NCBI RefSeq assembly: GCF_009914755.1
Contig: NC_060932.1
DNA from: the human T2T-CHM13v2.0 reference genome, Homo sapiens
Strand: one strand, 5' to 3'
Length of the DNA: 64,000 nucleotides
A model generated the notes under the pieces. That model ran no database searches, was not told where the DNA came from, and worked only from the letters and a program-made list of their open reading frames with translations. Positions 1 through 14,755 of this stretch are shown here, one piece after another. Position numbers and translations under genes: made by a program. Within the stretch, counting starts at the first letter, position 1. Every line of letters starts with the position of its first letter.

Positions 1-100
1 AGGTGAAGGCTGAATTGTGGAAGGGACCACCAGTCCTCTCTGTCATGTCTGCTTGGAATAGAGCTTCTGCAACACGGAGCTATGAGGGATGAGAGATGCC

Positions 101-286
101 AGCTCCCTGCTCCTTCTGGCTTGAAACTATAGCCCTAGACAGGGATCTGGAGGTAGTTCAAGATGCCTGCCCCTCCAGCCTCGAAACTATAGCCCCAGAC
201 TGGGTGCTGGAGGCAGTTGGAGACCCCTGCCCCTCCTGGTTTGAAACTGTAGCCCAAGACTAGGCACTGGAGCCAGTGGGTGACCC
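101..286. repeat. Degenerate 60-bp tandem repeat, ~3 copies (possibly part of an old L1M 5'UTR)
   Basis: Core gaaactrtagcccyagac recurs at 123, 183 and 243; cctgcycct.c recurs at ~106, 166 and 226. Confidence 0.8.
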
Positions 287-809
287 ATTTTATTGTTGCT
301 CTTGCTCAGTAAACATCTTAATTTTACTGACCTTGGGGGTGGGGATGGGAGCAAGGTGTGATTCAAATGTAACAGTCCCTGTTTTCTATTTGCTGTATGT
401 ACTTCAGGCAATTTCCAGATACTTTAAATGGTTGGATCTTTTTTTTTCATAATTTTCACCGGTTAAATGATTGTTTTACCACCAAGCTCTTCACACTTCC
501 ATTTTGGAAGTCACAATATGCCTCTATTCTTAAATAACAAAAATAAATAGCAAACTGGTACAATCACAAATAGAGGTTTCATGCAGGAAGTTTTTAAGCA
601 TTACATGTTTTCATTCTTGCAATAATGTCAAATTTATCTTTTAGAAATGGGCAAATAAATATATCTGTGTTTTTTGCTTGAATGAAAGTTATAAGTGACA
701 AATTGTTATTCCTATTCTTTCCTGAAATAGACAAAAATATTCATTATTATGTTGCAAGTGTCTGAGAATTCCAGACATATAAAGAGAAATTAGACAAAAG
801 TTTTTTTAA

Positions 810-1700
810 ACATATAGCATGTTCTGGGATGGAACTGTTTAGTATTGCAAAACATATCTGTTTTCTCAAAATTAGAAAGCAATCTCATTTAAAATACAAC
901 ATGATTTTGAGGGATCTTGATAAGCTAATTCTAAAATTTATCTAGAAAATAAAATGTGTGAGAATAGCTAACAAACTGAAAAAGGAGAGCAAATAAGAGA
1001 TGTATTTTTTTTCTATCACATAGAAAAATATATTGAAAACCACAGAAATAAAATAAAGAATAAATAAATAAATTGGTAGGTAGGTCAATGCCTCTGAGCA
1101 CAGGTGATGAAGATGACATTTCAAATTACTGGGAAAAGACTGGAAATTTTATAAATGATTTTTGGGAAACTGATTATCCATATGAAAATTAAAAATGGGA
1201 AACTTATGATGTACTATATGTAAAATAAAGTCTAAATTAAAAAAAGGAATAAATATAAACACCTCACATTATAAACTTATTGGAAAATTCTGAGACAGTA
1301 ATTCAGTAACCTCAGGGAAAATGAAAACCTCTGATAGCAAAGCATAAATGCAAGATCGTAAATAAAATACTGATACGGTTGGCTGCATATACATTAAAAT
1401 TTTCTGTGACAAAATGTGCCATAAACCAACTTAAAACCAAAATGAGAGAAAACAACAAAAAAATAGTTTTTACTTAGATAAAATACACACAGAATATATA
1501 AATATTGTATACATATCAACAAGAAAAAACATACAACAGGGAAAAGTGCAAAAATATGAGAAGAAAATTAATGAAAGAGGAAACCTAATAACCATTAGGA
1601 AAAATTGTCTAGTATATATGGGAGAAGACTCTCCCCTCCATTACTAATCAGGGAAAAACAAGATAAAACAACAAATTATTTCAAAAATTAAAAAGACACA
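810..1700 (+). mobile_element. Ancient L1M (L1ME-like) ORF2 3' fragment
   Basis: Degenerate ORF2 motifs such as gataagctaattctaaaatttat (DKLILKF) and an A-rich plus strand. Confidence 0.6.
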
Positions 1701-1734
1701 TAGTTCCCAACAGTGAAAGATCCAGGAGGCCAGA

Positions 1735-1832
1735 ACCTCTGCTTTGATCTCCACTGATCAGTACCAAACACAGCACCTGGCATAGAGAATATCTGAACAC
1801 TGGTTGAATGAATAAGTAAATGAAGGAATGAA
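1735..1832 (+). mobile_element. L2 3'-end fragment
   Basis: cacagcacctggcatagag...gttgaatgaataagtaaatgaaggaatgaa resembles the L2 tail. Confidence 0.55.
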
Positions 1833-2619
1833 TACTGATAGACACAGGGAAATAACTGCACTTAATATTTGCATCTTTTCTGATTCATGTGCTTTATTCT
1901 CAAGTTCTCTGTCAAAGACTTTCAAATCCAATGTCCTCCTCGAAGATTTCCTTGATTAAGATCGGTTTTCTTACAACACATTAAAAAAAGAACCAATAAT
2001 ACATTTTCTTTAGATTGTCTTTATACTTTTATCATAACATAATAATGTATAATCATACTAATACAAAATGTCATTTACTGATCTATAGGGACTGTTTTTG
2101 GTGCTGTTTTATTGCATTCTGAAAAAAAAATACCAGTTATTATCTCTGCACAATCCTTAGCTGCTAGATATTTTCTCAATTTTACAGATAAAGTTACCTC
2201 TCTACAGTCATATAATTAATAGAGTAAGATTTTTATCCAGATTGCCCGATGTCTCTTCCATCTGTTACAAGGCTTTCCAATATACACATAAATTTGGATT
2301 CTATCACTAGGTAGGGTAAGCCCAACCCTGAATGCCAAAATTTATTTTCATTTATAAAACATGTTTTGTTAGTATTTGTAGTTTGCCTACCATGCCTAAC
2401 AGAGCAGGTGCTAGTGGTTGTTATGTTTTCTTAGAGGGTACGAAGAGGTCTATGTAATGTACCCAAATGTAGATTGATGTTGGTGATGTTTCAAATTTTC
2501 CAGTTGCCAGTCTGTAACCATAACAACAGGTGATAGTTAATTAATATGCTTAACTACATGTGCATCAGCCTCTCTCATTCCTATCTCTTACTTAAGTCAC
2601 TGCTGTGGCAGCCAGTTTT

Positions 2620-3105
2620 TGCAAGATACTGATCTGCTTTGCACAGATATTATTTTTTACCCTTCTCATCCTCCGCTGAGTTTTCCTGTGACACCAAGGA
2701 ATGGTACACTTACAGGATCCCTCAGGACACTTGATATTTGCATCTTATTAGATGCATGTTTTACTCTCAAGCCCTCCACCAAATATCTTCAAATCCGAAG
2801 TCCTCCTGGGCAATATCGGCCTGGGCAACTCAGGAACATATGTATCTTTGACTGCTGAGGTGGCAGATAAGTGCCACTGATGTTGGTCCTCCAGAAGACA
2901 CTTTGGTGACTTATTTCACAAGCTTTTCAAACATTTACTGTGGAATTGAACGCCAGTGGCCCCCAGCAATAAACATCAGAATAAGTATCGTTTTATTGCC
3001 ATTCCCTTCTTCCATGTTTTACTCCCTTGATACTTCACTCTTGCTCCCTGAGATTACTTCTCAATTATACTACCTTCATGGAAGCTTTTGTTTCAGATTC
3101 TGACA
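2620..3105 (+). mobile_element. Old ERVL solo LTR (LTR16/LTR33-like)
   Basis: 3' end ctccctgagattacttctcaattatactacctt...ttgtttcagattctg resembles the LTR16-family terminus. Confidence 0.4.
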
Positions 3106-4724
3106 CCAAAATATGGTAGTGGGGACAGGATGGGGAAAGGATCTTTGACTGCTGGGGAAGATGCTTGAATAAGTACATAAATGCTATTACCTTGACCTTG
3201 AAACATATTTTTATGATATCTTTCCAGCTCCTAGTCCATCAAAACAAATGCTGTGCTTTGTATTGATCTTTTAATTCCCCCTTTGGCTTTTACCTTTCAT
3301 TTAGAAATAGGTATTGTTTTCTTACTTGCACAGTTCTCAATTTTTATTTTTTACTTTACATAGATTACTACCTAGTCTCATACACAAAATCCCTGAAGAT
3401 AAGGCTCTGGAAGATAGATAAGGTATAAAACTGTAGCCATTAAATGACTGAATGGCCTTAAATGCTAGCATTAGGAATGTGAAATTTATCCCTAGGTAAT
3501 GAGTAACCACCAAATGTTTATTAAGAATAGAGTAACTTGTTAATAGTTACATTTAATTAAATTAACCTGCTGGTGATGTTGAAGGTGAGTTGCTTTCATG
3601 AGATTGCCTAGTCCAGAAATCGCCTAATTTGAAGTAAGGGTTGGAATTTCTAATTTCTATTTAATTTTCTGATGTAATTGTACATAATATATAATCTAAA
3701 GTAATTGCTTAAAATAGTATAAATATTTAGTTAAATGTCCCATTTTGCTCATATTTGTATATGATTTTTATATCTTTTGTTCTATATAACATGCATTTGT
3801 CAGTTATGTTCTTTTTTTATTAAACTAAACTTATGAAGAGATTATCTATATAATATGTAATTGGTTAACTTGTAGAGAGGGCTAACAGTATTTGTAATAA
3901 TTATAGTTTTGTGATAATAGTAATGTTTCAATGTATACTGGTTACTTTCCACATTTAGGTTTGGTGCCTAAAATTCAAAGACCAAATCATATTAGGAACT
4001 TCAATAAGCAAACATTATTATATCATAATTTTTAATAGATCCTTTCATTTTCTGAGACTTAAGAGCTAGGATGCTAAGCCTGGTATGCTAAATATTGTAT
4101 TCTGTACTCCATTTAGACTTTGATTTGGATTTAAAATTCAAAATCACTTCCATCATTTCTATCCTTGTGAGTGTGTGCCTGTGGGGATATTAAAATAGAG
4201 AAAGAGCTACTTGGAGAGATGAAGTGATTGAATTTGATGCCTAAGGCCAGAAACCTCATTTTGCTTATGTTAATATGTAGAACTTTCTGCACTCCTATCC
4301 ATGGCTAGTAAATGCTTTTTCTTGATTTTGTAAAATTCAGCATTGTACATTCTGGTTAAAAACCTTATTTCTTTTGTTGCAAATAGTGCTAGCAACCAAC
4401 TTCAATCTAGATACTATTAACATGGCTCAATTATAAAATGATTACATATGATTACAGAAAAGCAAAATCTATGTGTTTCTATGTTTAACGTCACTTTATT
4501 TAAGATTGCAGATTAAAGCTTTTGCAATCTTAGGTAAATCAATAATTAACTTAGCACAGAGATAGAATATAGAGATGAAATCATAAGTCCAAGGAGGCTT
4601 TTTCAAAGAATTTTAATAAATATGTAGTGGAATATAATCTGTCCCAAAGAAGTGCAGATATCATTGGGGGCCCACCATGGCAGGGTAACATAAGGAAGAC
4701 AATGTTTGTCACTATTATCTATAA

Positions 4725-5560
4725 ATTAATTAGTTAATTTATCCATTTTCAACAAATACTTAGTGAACACCCACTTGTTGGCATTCCAAGATGAATAATA
4801 TAGTGTCTCAGGCCTAGGAGAACTCAGAGGATAAGGCGGAAATGGGTGGGGAGAAGAGGAATGCACGAATATACAATTATAATTTAAAATAGTGAATACT
4901 GTGATGAGTATGCTTATGAATCATTATGAAAATGCAGAAGACAGGATGAATTCCTGGGTCAATCATAAAAAAGTTTTCCAAAGGCAAAAGGCCCATCTAA
5001 AGTGTTTCTTAGACCATGCAGAGGAGTCTACCAGCCGAGAAGTAGAATTAAAGCATCAGAGACAGAAAGAGAATAGCATGTGTGTAGGCTAAAATTCTTG
5101 ACAGAAATGTGTCTTGTTTTAGTTATGGGGAGCAAGGGAGGATGGTGTCCCAGGCAAAAGGCTGGAGTGTTGAGAGGCAGGGGGATGATGACAGACAGGT
5201 TAGGTATATATGTATAATGCAGGACCTTATATATCATGCAAAAGTATTTGGGCTTTTAAGTAAGAGACTGATTTGTTCAGATTTGTGCTTTAGAAAAATA
5301 GCTGATGGCCAAAGTGGAGGAGGGACTGGTGACGAGTATAAGGTTGAGGCAGTTGTTCAGTTGAAGCTGAGTTTGTACTAAGACTTTGGGAGTGGGAATG
5401 TAGTGGTGTTGGCAGAATCTGGGCTTCCTGACTGATGTGTTGTGGGAAACGAGGAAAAAGGAGCTGACAGAGATGATGCCTAGTATCCTTCTGCTGGTGT
5501 TGATGGTGCCACTAGTTAAATCACAGAATGTCAGAGAAAGAAAACCTAACAACAAAGGAG
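4725..5560 (-). mobile_element. L2 fragment
   Basis: atccattttcaacaaatacttagtgaacac start, then purine-rich text typical of reverse L2 (tttgtgctttagaaaaatagctgatggc). Confidence 0.6.
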
Positions 5561-5604
5561 TATGGTTTGAAAATATTACATTTGTTGTTTGTAAATTCCT
5601 TTAG

Positions 5605-8600
5605 TAGACATGAAATTTTGTAAAGTAATAATTATAACAATGTATTGTTGGGTTTGTAACATGAAATGGTTCAATATGTATATAACAATAATATCACTAA
5701 AAGGTATATGTGTAGCAATAATATTACTATATTGTCATATAATAGATAGTAATATCACTATATTGTTATATAACAGCTATAAGAATAATTTCACTGAAGA
5801 GGGATACAACTGTAGGGGAGTAACATTTAAAGATCTCACTGGAATTCAGTTAGTAAAACTCTGAAGTAGCTTCTGATGAGTTTAGATGTATGTGATAAGC
5901 CTTAGAGAAACCACTAAGGAAATCACTTAAAACTATAGTGAAAAATGATTAAAAGTAATAAAATGTTACACTAGACAATATTTACTTGATGCAAAAGAAT
6001 ATAGTGGAGGAAGACTAGCAGCAAAATAGACATGAGACATGTAGAATAAAAACTAAAATGAGAGACATCACTCCAGCAATATTGATAATAACATTAACTG
6101 TGAATGGATTAAGCTATCCAATCAAAAGGCAGAAATCATCAGGCTGGATAAAAAACAAGATCCAACTATATGCTGTCTATAGGAGGTAATTTAGATCCAA
6201 AGATACAAATAGGATAAAAGTTAAACAAATGGCAAAAGAGATGCGATGCAGAATACAAGGTTAATATAAAAAAGTCAATTGCTTTCCTTTATTTCAGCAA
6301 TGAAAAATTAAAATTTGGAAATAAAAACAATACCATTTCCATTAACAACAAAATCATAATATACTTAGGTATAAATCTAACAAAATATGTACAGGATCTA
6401 TATGCAGAAAACTACAAAACTTTGATGAAAGCACTAAAAGATCTAAATAAATGGAGACCTCATTGTGATTTTAATTTTTATTTCCCTAATGATTATTGAA
6501 ATTGAGCATTTTTTTCATGTTTTTTGGACACTTTTATGTCTTCTTTTGCAAAGTATTTGTTCGTGTCTTTTGCCCACCTTTTAATGGAATTATTATTATT
6601 TTTTTCTTGCCAATTTGTTTTAGTTGCTTATAGATTTCGGAGATTAGTTCATTATCAGATGCCTAGTTTGCATCTGATTGAAGTTCTTAGGTTTTCTGTT
6701 AACTCTGTTGAATAGTTTCTTTTGCTGTGCAGAAGTTCTTTAGTTTAAATGAGCCCCAATTGCCAATATTTATTTTTGTGGCATTTGTTTTTGATGTCTC
6801 AGTTATAAGTTATTTGCCTAAGTAAATACCCAGAGGAGTTTTTCCTAGGTTTTCTTCTAGGGTTTTTATAGTTTTAGGTCTTTCACTTAAGTCTTTAATC
6901 TCAAACCAGTCAGAATGGCTTTTATAAAAAGTCATAAAATATTGTGTTTGCCAGGATGCGGAGAAAAGGGAACACTTGCGTTTTTGGCGGGAATGTAAAT
7001 TAGTTCAGCCCCCGTGGAAAGCAGTATGGAGATTTCTCAAAGAACTAAAAATAGAACTACCATTTGACCCAGCAATCCCACTACTGGGCATCTACCTAAA
7101 GGAAAATAATTTTTTTCTACCAAAAAGATACCACATCATTAGTCATAATAGCAAAGTCATGGAGTCAACCTAGGTGCCCATCAATGGAGGACTGGATAAA
7201 GAAAATGTGGTACATATATACCATGGAACACCATAAAGTCATAAAAAATGAAATGATGCCCTTTGCAGCAACATGGATGTAACTGGAGGCTATTATCTTA
7301 AGTGAATTAACACAGAAACAGAAAACCAAACACTGCCTGTTCTTCCTTATAAGTGAGAGCTAAGTAATAGGTATACGTGGATATAGAGATAGAAACAATA
7401 GGCACTAAGAACTTCAAAAGGGTGGAGAGAGGGAGGCAGGTAAGGGTTGAAAAACTATGTATTGGGTATCTCTCAGGTAGTTTTTTACTGTGTGAATGAT
7501 CGGTTCAAGAGAAAGTCAAACTCCAGCATTATACAATAAATTGTGTAATAATCCTGCACATGTACCACCTTAATCTAATATTGAAAAAAAGAAAAAAGCA
7601 ATCAGAGAGATAGTCTATGTTCACGCTTTGAAAAACTCAGTATTGCTAAGATACCTATTCTTCCCAGCTTGATCTACAGGTTCATTGCAATACTATTTGA
7701 AATCACAGCACTATTTCACTTATGATCCAGCAATCATGCTTTTAATTATTCCTCTACCTAATTTGAAAATTTACGTCTAAACAAGATTGTACAGAGATAT
7801 TTATAGCAGTTTAATTCATAATTACCAAACACTGAGAATAACCAAAATGTCCCTCAGTAGGTAAAAGGATAGACAAACTGTGGTACATGCATGTAATAGG
7901 GTATTAATCAGTCATAAAAGGAAATGAGCTATTAAGCCAGGATAAAACACAGAGAAACCTTAAATACATATTGCTCAGTGAAATAAGCCAGTCTTAAAAG
8001 CCAGCATACTGCGGGACTTCAATTATATAACACTCTGGAATAAGTAAAACCATGGAGACAGTGCACAGGTCAGCAGCTGCCAGGGTTAAAGAAAAGGAGA
8101 CAGGAATGAATAGGTAAGCATAGGCACTTTTAAGGGCAGTTAACCAGGGCTTCTGGGAGAAATGGCTTATCCTAGGACTGGAGCAGAAAATATAAAAGAT
8201 GAGTCTGGAGCATCTTGTAGTACCGGAAAGTAAGAAAGTACTCAAAAATATATGTGTATAGATAAGTGTTTGTCAAAGGGGCCTAGGAGCCAACTGAAGT
8301 TCCCCCCAATGGCCAAAGCTGAAACAATCTGAGTAAAAAAATTAATAAAGTATTATTAGAATGTATCTCAAAGTATAAGTATGCATGATTCCATATTGAC
8401 ATAAAAACATAATTGAGTAAGTTAATACATAGGGGAGGAGAAACACATCTCCCAGCCATATGAATTATGAATTATTTAGATACCTCATCCAAAATGAGGG
8501 GAGCATAATGACTTCCTTCCAAAGTTACTCCTTCTCACCTTTCCCCCTTCCACAGCCTGGAAAGGGGAAAGGTGAGAAGAAGTAACTTTACAGCAAAGAA

Positions 8601-9165
8601 ATCTGAAAAACATTATTTCATTCAGACAAGGATGGTGACCATCAACAATCATAATCATGTTGATACTACGTACTGTTGATATGACATGATGAAAATGGCA
8701 TGCCACTTACCTCTGTGATCTTCCTCTCCCAAACTCATAACCCCAAACTAATTATGACAAAGAAATTCTAATTCCAATAAAGGGGCATCCTACACAAATA
8801 TACCTGACCAGTACTCTTCAAACTGTGAAGATCATTAAAAACAAGGATAGTCAGAGAAAATGTTACAGCCAAGAAGATCCTAAGGAGACATGACAACTAA
8901 ATGTAATCTGGTATCCTGAATGGGATCCTGAAATGAAAAGGAAAACTAGGTTAAAAAGTAAGGAAATCTTAATAAACTATGGACTTTAGCTAATAATAAT
9001 GTGTATATGTGTATTAATATTAATAAATGTATCACACTAAGGTAAAATGCTAATAATAGGGGAAAATGTGGGGGTGGGATGAGGAAAGGGTATACGGAAA
9101 CTCTATACTATCTGATCAACTTTTTTGTAAATCTAAATCTATAAAAATAAAATATATTAATAAAA
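5605..9165 (+). mobile_element. Old L1MC/MD-like element (inter-ORF, ORF2 start, internally deleted ORF2, long 3'UTR), interrupted at 6457-7597
   Basis: Endonuclease N-terminus (ataacattaactgtgaatggatt; tggataaaaaacaagatccaactatatgctgtcta = WIKKQDPTICCL-like) at ~6085-6185; L1MC/MD-type 3'UTR at 8130-9160. Confidence 0.7.
6457..7597 (+). mobile_element. 5'-inverted (twin-primed) L1, L1PA15/16-like; 6457-6899 inverted, 6900-7597 sense with polyA
   Basis: Minus segment begins cctcattgtgatttt and plus segment begins tctcaaaccagtcagaatgg; these are adjacent in L1 (aaaaccacaatgagataccatctcacaccag). Confidence 0.8.
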
Positions 9166-10516
9166 ATTATAGAACAATATTACTCATTAACCAAAAAGAA
9201 AAGAATCCTTAACAAATGTTTCAAGTCAAATTCAGCTGTACCTAAAAAATATAACACATCATGTCCAAGTGGGGATGACAGCAGAAATTCCAGGTTGGTT
9301 TTCCATTGACAATTGCTATAATTCACCACATTAAAAAAAAGAAGCATGATCGGCTCACTAGATAAAGAAGAAGCATCTTTCCAAATTTAATATACATGCC
9401 TAACAAAACTCTTATTAACCTAGTAATACCTCAACCTGATAAAGGAAATTTATGAAAAATCTACAATTGACCTCATATTTAATGCTTTATCCATAAGAAC
9501 AGGAACAAGGAAAGCATGCCCACTCTCACTATAACAATTTCACGGATTTTCTAGCTTGTGCAATAATACAAGAAAAAGATACAAAAGCCACAAAAATTTC
9601 AAAGGACATCATCTATAGTCATTTTTCAAGAATCTAGCACAAAAATACTAGTACTAGTAAGTTTGTGTAAGATCTCAGGATACAAGACTCATAAGATAAC
9701 ATAATTGTATTTCTATATACTAACAACAAACATTTGAAAACTGAAATTTATACTTACCATTCACAATAGGATCAAATATATAAAATATTACCAGAGGACA
9801 TTAACAATATATGTGAAAGACCTATATAGTGAAAACTACAAAACACAGATAAGTTTTTAAATGTCTAATAAATGGAGATATATGCTCTATCATGGATTGA
9901 AATATTAAATATTGCTAATATGTCAATATTCCCCTGCTTCATTTATATATTCAATGTAATCTCAATCAAAATCCTGGAAGATTATTTTTAAGGAAACTGA
10001 CAAACTGATTCTAAAATTCATATGAGGATGCAAAGTACCAAGCTGCTTTGCAACTTTTGGAAATTTTCCAAAAGCAACTTTGAAGAAGAACAATTCATAG
10101 AGCCAAAACTATCTAACTTCAATATTCATTATAAGGGTACAGTAATTAATACAGTATGGTATTGTCATCCTGTTAGACAAATAGATCAGTATAACAAAAT
10201 ACAGAGTCCATAAACAAACCCACACATATATGGACAACTGATTTTTGACAATGGTGCAAAAGTAGTTATATGTGGAAGGGTAAACTTTTCTACAAATGTG
10301 TGGAATAATTGAATATTTACATGCAAAAGAAAAACTAAATTCAACTGCTACCTCACCTCACATACAAAATGTAACTTATGTTGCATAGATGTAAATGTCA
10401 GAGTGAAACTATAAAATATTTAAAAGTAAATGTAGAAGAATATCTTAATGACCTTGGGTTAGCCAATGATTTATTAAGTAGGATACAATGAGCAAAAGTC
10501 ATAAAATAAAACAATT

Positions 10517-12092
10517 CGTTATTGTAAAAATAACCATACTGCCCAAAGCAAGATAAATGTTCAATGCAATTCCCATCAAGATACCATCGTCATTTTTCAC
10601 AGAACTAGAAAAAAATCTTAAAATTCATATGGAACCAAAAAAGAGGCTGCATATCCAAAGCAATACTAAGCAAATAGAACAAATCTGGAGGCATCACATC
10701 ACCTGACTTCAAATTATACTACAAGGCTATAGTCACCAAAACAGCATGGTACTCATATAAAAATAGGCACAGACCAATGAAACAGAATAGAGAAGCCAGA
10801 AATAAAGCCAGATTTATACAGCCAACTGATCTTCAACAAAGTATACAAAAACATAAACTGTGGAAAGGACGCTCTTTTCAACAAATGGTGCTGGGAAAAT
10901 TGGCAAGCTGCAAATAGAAGAATGAGACTGGATCCTCATCTCTTACCTCATACAAAAATCTATTCAAGATGGATCAAAGACTTCAATCTAAGACCTGAAA
11001 CCATAAAAATTCTAGAAATAACATCAGAAAAACTCATCTAGACATTGGCTTAGGCAAAGAATTCATGACTAAGGCCCCAAAAGCAAATGCAATAAAAATA
11101 AAAATAGTGGGACCTAATTAAACTGAAAAGCTTCTGCACAGCAAAATAAATAATCAGCAGAGGAAAGAGACAACCCACAGAGTGGGAGAAAATATTTGCA
11201 ACCTATGCATCCAACAAAGGACTAATATCCAGAATCTACAAGGAACTCAAACGAATCAGCAAGAAAAAAACAAAAAACAAAAAACAAAAACAAATAATCC
11301 CACCAAAAAGTGGGCAAAGGACATGAATAGACGATACTCAAAAGAACATAAACAGCAAACAAACATATGAACAAATGCTTAACATCACTAATTATCAGGT
11401 AAATGCAAACTAAAACTACAATGAGATACCACCTTACTCCTGCAAGAATGGCCAAAATTAAAAAGTCAAAAAACAACAGATGTTGGCATGGATAATGTAA
11501 ACTAGTATAACCACTATGGAAAACAGTATGGAGATTCTTTAAAGAAATAAAAGTAGAACTACCATTCAATCCAGCAATCCCCCTACTGGGTGTCTACCAA
11601 AAGAAAAAGAAGTCATTATATGAAAAAGACACATGCACATGCATGTTTATAGCCCACAATTTGCTATTGCAAAGATATGGGACCAGCCTAAGTGCCCATC
11701 ACCGATGAATGGATAAAGAAAATGTGGTATACATACACCGCAGAGTGTCACTCAGCCATAAAAAGGAACAAAATAATGTCTTTTGCAGCAACTTGGATGG
11801 AGCTAGAGGCCATTATTCTAAGTGAAGTAACTCAGGAATGGAAAACCAGATATTGTACGTTCTCATTTATAAGTGGGAGCTAAACTACCAGGCTGCAAAG
11901 CCATAAGAATGATATAATGGACTTTGGGGACTTGGAGGGGAAGGGTAGGAGGGGAATGAGTGATAAAATAATATGTATTGTGTACAGTGTACACTGCTCA
12001 GGTGATGGATGCACCAAAAATCTCAGAAATCACCGCTAAAGAACTTATCCATGTTACCAAAACCTCCTGCACCCCAAACTATTGAAATAAAA
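10517..12092 (+). mobile_element. 5'-truncated L1PB element
   Basis: L1PB-type 3' end ggtgatggatgcaccaaaaatctcagaaatcaccgctaaagaacttatccatg...ctattgaaataaaa. Confidence 0.8.
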
Positions 12093-14510
12093 GTATCAGT
12101 ACCATGCTGTATTGGTTACTGTAGCCTTTGTGGTAGAGTCTGAAGTCAGGTAACATGATGCTCCAGCTTTTTTCTTTTTGTTTAGGATTGCCTTGGCTAT
12201 TCAGGTTCTTTTTTGGTTCCATGTGAATTTTAAAATCGTTTTTTCTATTGTGTGAAGAATGTTATTGGTAGTTTAATAGGAATAGCATTGAATCTGTAAG
12301 TTGCTCTGGGCAGTATGGCCATTTTAAAAATACTGATTCTTCCTATCCATGAACATGGGATCTTTTTCCATTTGTTTGTGTCTTTGATTTCCTTGAGCAG
12401 TGTTTTGTAATTCTTATTGTAGAAATGTTTCACCTCCCTGGTTAGTTGTATTCCTAGCTATTTTTTTTTATTTTTGTGGCAATTGTAAACGGGACTGCAT
12501 TTCTGATTTGACTCACGCTTGGCTGTTGTTGGTGTATAGGAATGCTAGTGATTTTTTTTTTTTGGTTTTCGTTTTTGTTTTTTGAGGTGGAGTCTCACTC
12601 TGTCACCTAGGTTGGAGTGCAGTGGTACAATCTCGGCTCACTGCCATATCCGCCTCCTGGGTTCAAGCGTTTCTTGTGCCTCAGCCCCTGAGCAGCTGGG
12701 ACTAAAGGCATGCACCATCACACTAGGCTAATTTTTGTATTTTTAGTAGAGATGGGGTTTCACCATGTTGGCTAGCCTGGTCTCAAACTTCTGGCCTCAA
12801 GCAATCCACCCACCTTGGCCTCCCAAAGTGTTGGAATTTTGTACATTGATTTTTGTCTTCTGAAACCTCACAGAAGTTGTTTATCAGCTGAAGGAGCGTT
12901 TGGGCCAAGACTATGGGGTTTTCTAGATACAGAATCATGTCGGCTGCAAACAGGGATAGTCTGACTTCCTCTCTTCCTATCTGGATGCCCTTTGCTTCTT
13001 TCTCTTGCCTGATTGCTCTGGCTAGGACTTCCTACACTATGTTGAATAGAAGTGGCGAGAGAGGGCATTTTTGTCTTGTGCTAGTTTTCAAGGGGAATGC
13101 TTCCAGCCTTTGCCCATTCAGTATTATGTTGACTGTTGGCTTGTCATAGACAGATCTTATTATTTTGGGGTGTTTATTCAATACCCAGTTTATTGAGAGT
13201 TTTTAACATAAAGGGGTGGTGAATTTTATTGGAAGCCTTTTTCTCCATCTATTGAGATAATCATGTGTTTTTTTTGTTCCTTACACCATATACAAAAATC
13301 AACTCAAGATGAGTTAAATATTTAAGTGTAAAACCCAAAACTATAAAAATCCTGGGAGACAACCTAGGCAATACCATCCTGGCCATAGGAATGGGCAAAG
13401 ATTTCATGACAAAGACACCAAAAGCAATTGCAACAAAAGCAAAAATTGACAAATGGGGTCTAATTAAACATAAGAGCTTCTTCACAGCAAAAGGAACTAT
13501 CAACAGAGTAAACAGACAAGCTACAGAATGGGAGAAAATATTTGAAAACTACGCATCCAACAAATGTCTAACATCCAGCATTTATAAGGAACTTAAACAA
13601 ATTTACAAGAGAAAAACAAACAACTGCATTAAAAAGTGGGCAAAGAACATGAACACAAACACCTTTCAAAAGAAGACATATATATATAGCCAACAATCAT
13701 ATGAGAAAAAGCTCAGTATCACTGATCACTAGAGAAATCCAAATCAAAACCACAGTAAGATACCACCTCACACCAGTCAGAATGGCCATTAATAAAAAGT
13801 CAAAAAATAACAGATGCTGGCAAGGTTATGGAGAAAAAAGAATGCTTATATACTATAGGTGGAAATGTAAATTAGTTCAACCATTGTGGAAATCAGTATG
13901 GTGATTCCTCAAAGAGCTGAAAAATAGAAATACCATTCAACACAGCAATCTCATTACTGGGTATAAACACAGAGGAATATAAATAATTCTACCATAAAGA
14001 CACATGCACACAGATGTTTATTGCAGTGCTATTCCAAATAGTAAAGACATGGAATCAACCTAAATGCCCATCAATGACAGATTGGATAAATTGTGGTATA
14101 TATATATATACACCATAGAATCCTATGCAGCCATAAAAAAGAATGAGACTATCTCTTTTGCAGGAACATGGATGGAGCTGGAGGCCATTATCCTTAGCAA
14201 ACTAATGCAGGAACAGAAAACCAAATACATCATGTTCTCATAACTGCGAGCTAAATGATGAGAACTCATGACACAAAGAAGGGAACAACAGACATTCGGG
14301 TCTACTTGAGGGTGAAGGGTGGGAAGAAGGAGAGGAGCAGAAAAGATAACTATTGGGTACTGGGCTTAATACTTCAGTGATGAAATAATCTGTACAATAA
14401 ACCCCCATGGCATGAGTTTACTTATGTAACAAACCTTCACATGTACCCCTGAACCTAAAGTTAAAAAAAAAAACAAATTAACAAATTAACAAAAACTACA
14501 ATTAAAATTA
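12093..14510 (+). mobile_element. 5'-inverted L1PA (PA11-15-like); ~12093-13275 inverted, ~13277-14510 sense with polyA
   Basis: Orientation switch at ~13276; ORF2 peptide [22 protein letters not shown]; 3'UTR gagaggagcagaaaagataactattgggtactgggcttaatac. Confidence 0.8.
12552..12836 (-). mobile_element. Alu (AluS/J), lacking the first ~25 nt
   Basis: T-rich tail then gaggtggagtctcactctgtc...ggcctcccaaagtgttgga, running directly back into L1. Confidence 0.9.
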
Positions 14511-14656
14511 AAAAAGAAAACAATTGGTAAGTTTAATTTCATCAGAATTAAAGACTTTTTGCACTTCAAAGCACTGCTGAGAAAATGAAAAAAGACAAGC
14601 CACACAAAGTGAGAAAATATTTTCAAAACATATGTCTGATAAAAGGCTTTTTTCAT

Positions 14657-14755
14657 TATGTATATGTGTGATATATATATATGCTTATATATATATGAGT
14701 ATATGAGTATATATGTGTGTGTGTATATATATATATATATGCTCATATATATATG
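14657..14755. repeat. (TA)n/(TG)n degenerate microsatellite
   Basis: Direct reading. Confidence 0.85.
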
